Assembly: GCF_963676685.1 (NCBI RefSeq) | Contig: NC_092353.1 | Span: 28,706,001 to 28,770,000, forward strand | DNA from: Mytilus edulis | Taxonomy: Eukaryota | Direction: 5' to 3' | DNA length: 64,000 nucleotides | Shown: one piece after another, positions 53,175 to 64,000 of the stretch | Layout: each line of letters opens with the position of its first letter | Position numbering within the stretch: position 1 is the stretch's first letter | Notes under the pieces: generated by a model | Told to the model about the DNA's origin: nothing | The model's input: the letters and a program-made list of their open reading frames with translations, nothing else | The model's database searches: none | Position numbers and translations under genes: made by a program

Positions 53175-56100
53175 TTAAAGATTTTTTTTGGGTGTGAACA
53201 TATCGTCACATCCAACCTTTACACAACTACATGCTGTTGGGATCTTCTCAGCATGGAGACTTATTCTTCCATTGTCACTGGGGCATAATACTGCCATGGT
53301 TCTGGTGACGTAATTTGTTGGTCGGCAGTAATAATCCTTTTGTGGTGCATAATGGAATCTGCATTTTGTTGTTCTTTTATGACTATAAAAAAAATAATAC
53401 CAACACATTAAATAAGCAAAATAACTTCATATTAAACAGATTATATATTCCGCTCGGAATCAATTAAACAAGATGAGGAGTACACATCAATTAACAGAAT
53501 ATCAATAACACTAATAGATTAATACATACAATGAAAGTAGAGATATGTCTTAAATGACAGACACGTGTGATCATCTGGATGGCGGTCCTTCATTTCTGTA
53601 TTTTTTTTTATTCGAAGTCCCTATTTCTTATGGTGTTTGTCCATTATTCATTCATCGTAATATTTCACCATCTATTATTCCTTATAATTTATTTTATATC
53701 TTTATGAGATAAGAAGAGGTGTGGCTTATAATTCAAAACGACAGAAACCGAACTCTAAACAACACAAACTTTTCTTCTATTTTTATTTCAATTTTGGTTG
53801 ATTATAGGGCTCGTATTTTTCCTAACTTAATGATATATTTGAGACTAAAAATTAACTCACCCTATACACTCCACTTTATCAATAGTTTGGACTCCTTGGT
53901 CGCTTAAAAAGACTTCACAAATTTCATCGCCCAGTTTTTTACCAGTCATTATTTGGTTGATGGATCTATAAATATGGGTCACAGGTGTACGTACTTCTCT
54001 GCACATAGGAAATTTATGGATCTTTGCCATCTTCGTCATTCTGCAAAAAAGGATGGAAATATTTATCTTAAGCATTTTGTGACAAAGTGACCGGTTTCTT
54101 ACGTAGGTTTTATCACGAATTAAAAGAGTATTTTAATACGCCTTCAAAGATAGTCAATTTTAAATCACTGTGAAATATTACTTATATACAGTTGAACTCG
54201 GTGGTTGGGCTCTCTTTTGTGATTGTTAGTATTTATTTTTATTATAAAAAAAACAATCAGATAGCAAAAATTGAAATGTGTTATTGTAATAGTTTTGTAT
54301 AAGCTCCAACTTAAATAAGAGTTCATTTTTCAAAAATCAAGATGCTTTAGGTTTAGAATGAAACAAAAACAAATAATATGCATCATGATCGTTCCGTTTA
54401 AAGACATTTCTGCAGACAAAATAATAAACTCGTCAGTGCCTACTTGTAATTTTCTATTTTTTAAAAGTTATTTACCCAGTTCCTCTGATATCCTCTACTG
54501 CATTTTGTTTAGAGAATACGTGTTTTGAGACACCCTCGCATTCTTTGCTGTGTTTTAAGTAATTCACAAAACTTCCATCTGAGTCTGTCATAGCTTTTCG
54601 GCTGTAAGAGAGAGATACATTAAATTTCATGAAATATTCAATTACATCTTTAATTTCAAGGCTGTTCAATATACAAAATTATGAAATATCAGAGAAAGCA
54701 ATTGGTTTATTTTAAATTTATATTTATTTTCTTTCTAAGTGAAGAATATGTGTGAATTCTGATCCTTACATTTTTCCTTTTTATGTTGTAACATATCACC
54801 AAAGTTATAATGGACTTAAGATAAACCTGAACGATTACCTCGGGAATCTTATTTATTTTCTTAGAAGTGCTGCTATTATATTTTTAATTATTGCATAATC
54901 ATGGTATCTATGATCATAATAAAAATTGAGAATGGAAATGGGGAACATGTCAAAGAGACAACAACCCGACCATAGAACAGAACACAGAAGAAGGTCACCA
55001 ACAGGTCTTCAATGCAGTGAGAAATTTCCGCACCCGGAGGCGTCCTTCAGCTGGCCCCTACACAAATACATATACTAGTTCAGTGATAATGAAGGACATA
55101 CTAAACTCCACATTGTACACAAGAAACTTAAATTAAAAATAATACAAGACTAACAAAGACTAGAGGCTTCTGACTTGGGACAGGCGCAAAAATGCGGCGG
55201 GGTTAAACATGTTTATGAGATCTCAACCCTCCCCTATACCTCTAGCTAATGTAGAAAAGTAAACGCATACCAATATGCACATTACAATTAAATGCAAGAG
55301 AAGTCCGAGTCCGATGTCAGAAGATGTAACCAAAGAAAATAAACAAAATAACAATAGTACATAAATAGCAACAGACTACTAGCAGTTAACTGACATGCCA
55401 GATCCAGACTTCAATTAAACTCATTGAAAGATTATGTCTTCATCATATGAATATCAGGCACAATCCTCCCCGTTAGGGGTTTAGTATCATACCATCATAA
55501 CAAATATGAGAAGAACATAACCCGTGTCATGCCAGCAACTGGTTTTTAGATAGATGTGTTAGTTCCGATGCAAAGACCCTATAAGTGAATCAATATTAAC
55601 GCCAAAATAATCTTTAATGAATTGACAACAGTATCGTAACTATATCCCTTCTTAATAAGTCTATTGAGTTTACTTATTAATAACATGTTGTCTGATAAGA
55701 GTACTTACATGTTATATCTGACGTAGTTTTCTGGAACCTTACTCTTATCACATATCCATCCCTGTGGTGGTAGACATTGTCTATACAACAAGTCGTATTT
55801 CTGACAGAGCTGAAATTTCTTACTCATCGGATTAGGGAGAGCAGTTGCAAGCGTTACAGCTAAAACAGCAATATAAAGTTGAAGTGGAACCTGAGAAAAA
55901 ATCAATACAAGTTTTTAAACGAATATCTTACAGCTATCTTTGGTTTTATCTAATTAATGATAATTTATGGTCACAGGAATAATATGCGTAAAGATTATCA
56001 TTCATTACTTCTAATATTGTTTATATTTCCAAAGCAGTTCTGTTACAAAATTTGTTTTTCAAAAAAGAAAATTTGAGTTTCTTAAGACTGTGATCTTGAA

Positions 56101-56392
56101 TTGAAAAGTAGAAAAATTTTATAAATTTTCAAAGGTGTTCACAAATTTTTACTTAACATAAGTTCTTCTTAAAAAATCTACATTATCTTACCATTTGTAG
56201 ACTTTCATATAGATTTCCTTTAAATATAGCAAAATATTCATAATATTTCCCATAGAAAATAGCTTTATCCGAATAGGAAATTTGTTTGTATTTTAACTGT
56301 GACTTTAACTTAAGATTTAGACAAATTTGTCATATTTAATAATTGTCCATAAACTTTTACTTTTTACATCAATTAAGATTTAACCTTACCAT
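53175..56392 (-). CDS. Family A copy A4: secreted cystine-knot protein, 232 aa
   Basis: Exons 56392-56390, 55890-55709, 54601-54476, 54040-53861, 53382-53175; 699 nt intact. Confidence 0.87.
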
Positions 56393-56808
56393 TGTTAATT
56401 CTTGTTCTGAGTCAAAATTAAATCTGATTTCTAAACTAGAAAATATGGATATTTATATGCATAAACGAGGAAATTAACTTCTACGGTTTTGTTACATCGT
56501 TTTTTGATTCGTCCTTTTAATTGTACGTTATACACTGATGTATTACTTAAAAGTCTTAAGGCTATGTTAACAAAATAAAAGTTATGTCACAACAATCATT
56601 ATTATATAAATATTTTGACAACATTCGAATTGCAAAATAATCTTTTGTTTTCTACGAAAGTGCATGTTTATGGTTTTGACTATTTGACGTAATAGTGTCT
56701 TACGAGCTGCGATTGGCTCTTAAATCCTTTTCCTTGTGGAATTGAAATACATAAAAGAAACGAAATTGTGAGTTATTCAGAATATACAGTTGTTCTAACG
56801 ATTTAAAC
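56393..56808. promoter_or_regulatory. Bidirectional promoter A4/B4
   Basis: Near-identical to 44015-44427; the A-facing CRE-like site is changed to TTATGTCA while the B-facing TGACGTAA is retained. Confidence 0.75.
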
Positions 56809-59800
56809 ATGGTAAGAACAGACTCACATTAACTTATAATATCTTCGTTCAGTAAAGCTCACAAACTATCATATTTGCAATTTATCAATTGAAATCATTT
56901 TTTGATTTATTGGTAACATCAAAATATAGTATATAAATCTAGTAAGTAGTATTAACATAACGTTTTTACTGTCCGGAAATTCTATGTACAAATATATTCA
57001 GAATGTTGTTACATGTGTTACTATTCGAAACTTTTCTTTTATCTAGATGAATATGGTTTTTGTTTGGTTAGCGGTACTAGGAGTAAGTGAAGCGTACAAG
57101 TGTATGGATCCTCCAGAAATGCATTGGCCTGATAGAGTCAGAATATGTGATGGAAATTTTCAAAATAATCTTGGATGTGATGATAAAAGATTTCCGTATA
57201 ACCAGTAAGTATATTCTTTGGCTAGTTTTGTTAAAGACATTCTGACAGGTACTATACATCTGTATAAATTATAAATTTGAAAATTGTTCCCGATTTTATT
57301 CTAATTGAAATATTAAGAATTCAGATATTGTATTATTCAACCTTCTTTTCTTGTTATTTGTAGAAAATTCGTTTGAAGAATTTGCTTTGTATATTGTTTG
57401 GTTTATCACATCTTTTTAATAATTAAAAAAACCAAAAAAACAGCAGAAATCAAAAAGACAAATACAAAATTAAACTAAGAAAGATTAAATACAAAATTAA
57501 TACTGATAAAGATATTACATTTATATATATATATCGATCAGCTGGCATTTCATATGTGTTGTAAACGATGACAAGTGTATAAAATCAAGATATTAGTTGA
57601 ATGTTGTACACTGAATATATTTGACTTCAGCAATTTACATGCAAGTTATAATTCGGAGTTTAGTATGACGTCCATTATCACTGTGGTAGTATACATATTT
57701 TTTAAGGGGCCAGCTGGAGGACGCATCCGGGTGCGGGAGTTTCTCGCTACATTGAAGACCCTTTGGTGGCCTTCGGCTTTTGTCTGCTCTATGGTCGGGT
57801 TGTTGTCGCTTTGACACATTTCCCATTTCCTGTCTCAATTCTTTTTTAAAGCTAATGATAAAATATATGTATGTTTTATATATAAAAAAACATATCTTAC
57901 AAGGTATGTTCAGTTATAAATATAAAAATGCAAACGATTGATGCTGTAGTGCTGGGAAATATCAGTATGGACATATTATTATATAGATGATAGCTTTTTA
58001 CTGATCTATGGCATCTACGTTGTTATTTACCGAAGAGTTTTATTGAAATTACATTTTAACACACCAGCATCTGTGATTGTATAGTAAGCAGCTTACTCCA
58101 GTGAACAGATTTGTTAAAGATTGATTGACACATATTCTTTTGAGAAGACGTTACCCATACACAAATCTTCAACATTAGATTTTTAATTATATATTGAATT
58201 TCTGTGCAATTTCTCTTGTGAAGAGGTGTTATTTGCAATCACACCACGACTTCTCTTTATATTTCAAATTACTAGTGTATTATACTAAGATGAATATTGT
58301 TATAAGTAAAATATATACCTTTTTATTTTTATTTTTGTGCATTTTTTCATTTCAGTGATCATATAGAAAGCGCCCTTCAAGCTGATAGAGATCTCCTATC
58401 CTTTGTTGAGGATTCATGTAAAATATATTCTCCAGAACTTCCCCTTGAATATGAGTAAGTTTATCTTTATATTTGGAAATAATTTTTATGACATCAGCCA
58501 CTATCGAGGGGAGACATACTTTTCTAAACGGGGTGTTTAAGTAGACACTGGATGTATTTATTATTATCTGGTTGTTCTGAAGATGATAGCCAACTGTCTG
58601 ATATTTAGATAATATTCCACGAAATAACATTCTGTTAATTTAATGCGTCCGAAAAGTTTTAATTGATTTACTTTCATCATGAATCATAAAAAAAAATGTA
58701 TAAAAAAGTAAAGACCTTAGAACCTCTATCACAAAGATAGACTTTACATGAATGTCTTTTAATCACATTTTTATAAAAAAAAAGTTTAAGCTTTATTTCT
58801 ATTAAATGTGTCATTGCATCAAAGTCAAAACATCAATCATCAATGTGTTCGACATATTCGACCACATTGTGTCATAACATTAATCGCAATGTGTTTAATG
58901 CAGCAAAATAATTAATATTGCTATGAGTCTGCATTTCAGTTTTTTTTTCCTTTAAAAAAAATTAATATGATTTCCCCCTTTTTTTAGACAATGTCCAATT
59001 GATGGCGGTGAGCTTGGAACAACACTAGGCAGATGTGAGAAGGTTTGTGATGGCGAATATGTTAACGTTACAGCTGTAAATGTGCAGATGGTAGACGAAA
59101 GAACTAAAGTGTCACGTTGGAGCAAGTGTTATGTTATACGTCCATGGGAACAGAAAGTTTACTACATGAACTGCAAGTAAGTAGTTATGTTTCACACAGC
59201 TGTTTTCTTTCTCATGCGCCTTTTTAAAATCTTTCAATTATTATCAACAATGTAGTAGTGGTAGTACCAAAAGACAAACTTGTTCACACAGATATAAGAA
59301 GTTGTTGTATGAGTGCCAATGAAACAACTCTCCATCCAAGTCACAATTTATAAAAGTAAACCATTATTGGTCAAAGTACGGTCTTGAACACATTAGGTCA
59401 CAACGAACAGCTAGTGTATAGTTTCTAATGATTTATTTGTTATTTTTATAAACCTTTATCCTAATTTACTTTTCAAATAAACTTATTGTTAAATGAAGAT
59501 GTTTAGGCTCATCTTCCCAATTTCTTTTGTATGTCTGATCGAAATTGAAGATTAAAAGCTGCTTATTTAAATAAAACAAAAACTGTTTTTTTTTAATTTC
59601 AGAAGTGAGCAACCTACTTTTACTACTTCTTTGAGCAGTTCATTTAAGTGTGTTCCAGACAACTTTATCAGACGTAGGGTTGCCGTATTCTGTCCAGAAT
59701 TTAAAGAACACCAATGTCAAAAAGTGGACATTGAATTACCCACTAACTGTGCTGCAAGTCGATTTGAATGTGTCAAACCAAAGGAAACAAGGAGGCAACA

Positions 59801-59834
59801 AGTAGACAGTTTTTTCGATTCATTGTTTTTGTAG
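56809..59834 (+). CDS. Family B copy B4: secreted Spaetzle-like protein lacking Cys III/VI, 226 aa
   Basis: Exons 56809-56811, 57047-57204, 58356-58454, 58988-59176, 59603-59834; 681 nt intact. Confidence 0.87.
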
Positions 59835-61763
59835 TTTTATCTAAACTACAGAAATGTATCCACACGATGTGATGTGGCTCAATTTAATGTTATCAGTAAA
59901 AGCAACAAGGCAGGAAGAAATAGATAACATGCTTTAAATTTTGAGCCTCATTGATTTGGAAAGTTTTGTTTTCCTATTTTAAATCCATGCAGACTGTGAT
60001 ATTTTGTTGTTGTTTGTAATATTGTTCATTTCATCATCCATTATGCCATGTTCTTGTAATAATGACTTATTTATAAATAAAACACCAACTGTATTTATAC
60101 GAGACTTGTAGTTTTTTTCCGTGTAGAATAGTTAATAATTGATATTAGTTAAGAAGATTTTACTACTTATCAAGACCCCATTTGTCATCAGTTAATTTAA
60201 TTTCCCATTGAAAAATAGATAGCATGTCTTGCGTGAGGTATAGCTATTAAACCATGTAAAACCCTATATTTCATCTTAAAATGTCATGTACCAAGTCAGG
60301 AATATGGCAGTTATTATCAAATATAAAATTGAAGCTTTGGTATGAATGCCAACGAGACAACTCTCCACAAAAGACCAAAATGACACAGAAATTGACAATT
60401 ATAGGTCACTGTACGGCCTTCAACAATGACTATAGGTCACTGTACGACCTTAAACAACGAGCAAAGCCAATAGTTTTTTTTATGTGTATTTGCGTTTGTT
60501 TTTTTGGTACTTCGGTGTTCCTTTGTTTTCCTCTTATAGTTGATGAGTTTCCCTCAGTTTTGGTTTGTAACACGGTTTTGTTTTTTCTCAACCGATTTAT
60601 TACTTTAAACACAGATTTATTACTGTTGACTTTATTTAAACAACAACTTTACATATACAAATAAAGTTGCAATCCAGGTATCTATGAGGAGTTTATTTAC
60701 AATGGCTCGTGAGCTCACTGCCTATTATTGGTGGCATTTGATCAAATTGTCGATAAACGATGACACACGAATACACGGCATACAACTGATGGCTCTTGAA
60801 CACACTGCCTGCTACTGATGACATGTGGAATGAACTCTCTTTATCGGATGGAAAATGAACACACTTTCAAAAACTAAAATCACGCAAACACTCTCTTTTT
60901 ATACTGAAGACATATCAACACAATGATTGATACTAATATAACGTGAATTACTGTCAAAGACTGATTGCACATTAACAAACGTTCAATGACTAATGGCACG
61001 TGAACTAACTTTTTATAGCTCGTGTCATGTGAATATAATACAAATTAAACGAGTTATGCGCCTCTTCTTGTCGACCTCTTCTTATTTTCATATGAGTCTA
61101 CCTGCTACTTATGAAAAACAAGAAAATCTAAGAAATCCGATCATTTAATTTCACATTTCGATACATTGATGATGTTCTTTCCATTAACAATGCAAAGTTT
61201 TCATTTGACTTTTGATTGTGTTCCTATAATATGTCCTTAAGAACTAGAAATACATATTTTAGACTTATACCTCAAATTGACATAAGCGGTCATCTCACAA
61301 CGGAAGTCTATGACAAACGAGATTATTTTACTTTTGAAATTATAAATTGTTCCAACCTACAGCTATACATGAAAGTCAAATACATATAAAATATATATTT
61401 CCCAACTCATATGATATTCAAGAGCTTGCAGCTGCTAGTCAAACTAAATAAAACCAGTATTTGAGGCAAAAGATATGTCAAAGCATGTCTTGTCCTTTTT
61501 ATATAGAAAAAATCTTTTATAATACATATGACGTTGCTCTGTACTTATACATCCCGCCATTGTGTTATTGTGCGAATGTTAATTGTGGGTTATTGTCTTT
61601 TCGTTTTGCTTAATATGTACTTTGTTTGCAAGTAAATGTGTTTTTGAGTTTCTTTGTTGAAACATTTATTTGTTTTTTTTTCTAATGATTAAGATTTTAT
61701 GACAAATTTAACTGTTGTACCCAAACTTTTGACGTTTTTACCTATTATCATGATAATGTCTGC

Positions 61764-62698
61764 GGAAGCAAGTCATTTCGTACTCTGACCATTTCGTACC
61801 TCTGCTATTTCGTACCCAAATCTGCCATGTTGTACCCAACATTTACCATTTGGTACCAACGATAATATCCATTTCGTACCCTATGCCCAAAATGCATCTA
61901 CAATTTCGTACCTCATAGGCTTAATACATGTTATCATATTTTGTAAAGTTTATCATGATTTTAAGTTTTTTTTTTAAATATAATATATCAAATAAAATTA
62001 TGCATCTAGACATACCAATTTTATAAAGTCCGATGATTGGTTTGATTAAGCATCACTTGGAAACTTCAATAGTTATAATTACACTTTGTTTTTTTGTAGG
62101 ATGTGAAACTCTAAAAGTATGAGGTTAATTAACCAACAAAGACATAATTATCTGCTACTGTTTTTATAGTAATTTATAGTTGTATTTGTCAGGAAATGCA
62201 GTGAAAGGGGACACAAGCTGACTTTTACTCAAAAAGTAAGCCATGAGTCAAAGTGTTTGCATAAGTATTTGCAACTTATTTGACCAATCAAAGAACTTGC
62301 TATGGCTTTTTAATTTGAGAAATACAGACAGCCAATAGATCACCTTGTCCGAAGATGATCGTACAAACGGTTTTACTTATAAATCTTTCATGAGGTACGA
62401 AATGGCATGCATATACATGACCTCCGAAAAGGAATAGATATTAATCTTCCATGAAGTACGAAAGGGCATACATATAAATCTTCCATGAGGTACGCAATGG
62501 TATTACATACTAACCTTCCATGAGGTACGAAATGGCATACATATTAATCTTCCATGAGGTACGAAATGGTATTACATGTTAATATGCCATGAGGTACGAA
62601 ATGGTCAAGGTACGAAATGGTCAGGGTACGAAATGGTTTTTTGCCAGGGTACGAAATGGGGGGTACGAAATGGTTAGGTTACCAAATGACTATAATTC
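61764..62698. mobile_element. Non-autonomous TIR-type element with subterminal 11-bp repeats
   Basis: Multiple CATTTCGTACC at the left end and GGTACGAAATG at the right end; absent from the paralogous flank at about 48760-49040. Confidence 0.7.
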
Positions 62699-64000
62699 AT
62701 AAATGGTATATATATCGATTGTAAGGTCTATTATAACATAGACCATAACATTCTGCCTATTACCGATGTCACACAAAGACATTTGTATAACAAATGGCAT
62801 TTGGATCGGAAGTAAATTCTACCATTATAAGGCAAATTTGACCTTAGTTGGATCTGGTTATATTGTAAATCCTTTTTAGGGCATATAATAAATCATAAGA
62901 GGAAAGTCATTCATACTATCTACTGTCAGAAAATTAAATGTTTTAAATCAAACTACAAGAAACCCACGAACTATCCCACAAATTAAAAGGATATACAGTG
63001 TGGACAATTTAGAACTCAAACATATTGTAGTGAAGGGTACAGAAAATTTAATACACTGCATAATAGAATTACCGCCAACTTAGATATATAATAGAGAACG
63101 AAAGATACCAGAGGGACAGTCAAACCCATAAATCGAAAATAAACTGACAACGCCATGGCTAAAAATGAAAAAGACAAACAGACAAACAATAGTACACATG
63201 ACACAACATAGAAAACTAAAGAATAAGCAACACGAACCCCACCAAAAACTAGGGGAGATATCTAGTGTTCCAAAAGGGTAAGCAAATCCTGCTCAACATG
63301 TTTCAAATGAGTAATTTAAAGTCCAATTTCTTTTTGACAAATTATTAGACAAGTCGTTATATGAAAAATACTAACTCCACAGGAACAGCTTATACAGATT
63401 GTCTATCAAGCCGTACTTTATGAACATATTGGTGGTTTTATTGGCATGTTTTTAATGTTGTTCGTGAACACACAACCAATAATTGCTATTGTAATAGATT
63501 ATTTTTGTAGAAACGGTGGCGCGTAATTCATTGTTTTATTGACAAAAAATTGGACTAGCAATACACATTACAAAGTATCAAGTTATATTTTGTAGTCGCA
63601 CAGTTTGAGTTCTGCAACAGTACGTAAGTCTTTCGTTAAGATGTCTAGCGATGTCATCTTATAATAATTAAGTTGTTAAGGGGTAATAAACAAAATATCA
63701 CCTCCCAACAATTTAAGAAACTTTTCACTGGACGTTTAAGATTTATCCGAGAACTCGAGTACTTGCAAGTAAAATGACCGAGTACACGAGTCTTATATTT
63801 CAGATCTTTTGACATTCCCAAAATAAACTCGTCATAGATAGCAGGATTGTAATTTTGTATTGTATTTGTAAAGTTGTTGTATAAATACTTTTTTTAATCT
63901 CGTTGTTCAAAAGTAATAAATCAATTGAGAAAAAAACAAATCCGGGTTACAAACAAAAACTGAGGACAACATATCAACTATAAGAGGAAAAAAGAGAACA

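Noticed and set aside
584-59834. Assigning a gene symbol (spz, IL-17, bursicon, trunk)
   Set aside because: The Cys pattern supports only a Spaetzle/NGF-like superfamily resemblance; orthology cannot be established without searches.
62380-62690. Repeat-spacer-like array of GGTACGAAATGG
   Set aside because: Not CRISPR: eukaryotic context, spacers are themselves repeats, and the motif is mirrored at the other end of a TIR-type element.

Overview
AT-rich eukaryotic genomic DNA. The interspersed repeats resemble those of bivalve molluscs, probably Mytilus, but this is inferred from repeat style only. The ORF track shows only exon fragments. Manual splicing (GT-AG, frame checked) gives nine intact multi-exon genes for secreted, Cys-rich proteins of about 213-239 aa with a C-terminal Spaetzle/NGF-type cystine-knot-like domain. 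They form two paralogous families. Family A (5 copies) has all six knot cysteines. Family B (4 copies) lacks knot Cys III and Cys VI together. Eight of the nine genes sit in four head-to-head A(-)/B(+) pairs, each sharing a 0.3-0.43 kb bidirectional promoter: one strongly diverged pair (7.7-14.9 kb) and three closely related pairs (24.3-31.5, 41.3-46.9, 53.2-59.8 kb). An inverted A copy at 0.6-5.3 kb has no partner at the expected position. The pair is the unit of duplication, which suggests a co-expressed, possibly heterodimeric two-subunit ligand system (inference). The remainder is introns, MITE/foldback elements, decayed LINE and Penelope-like fragments, local tandem duplications and one assembly gap.
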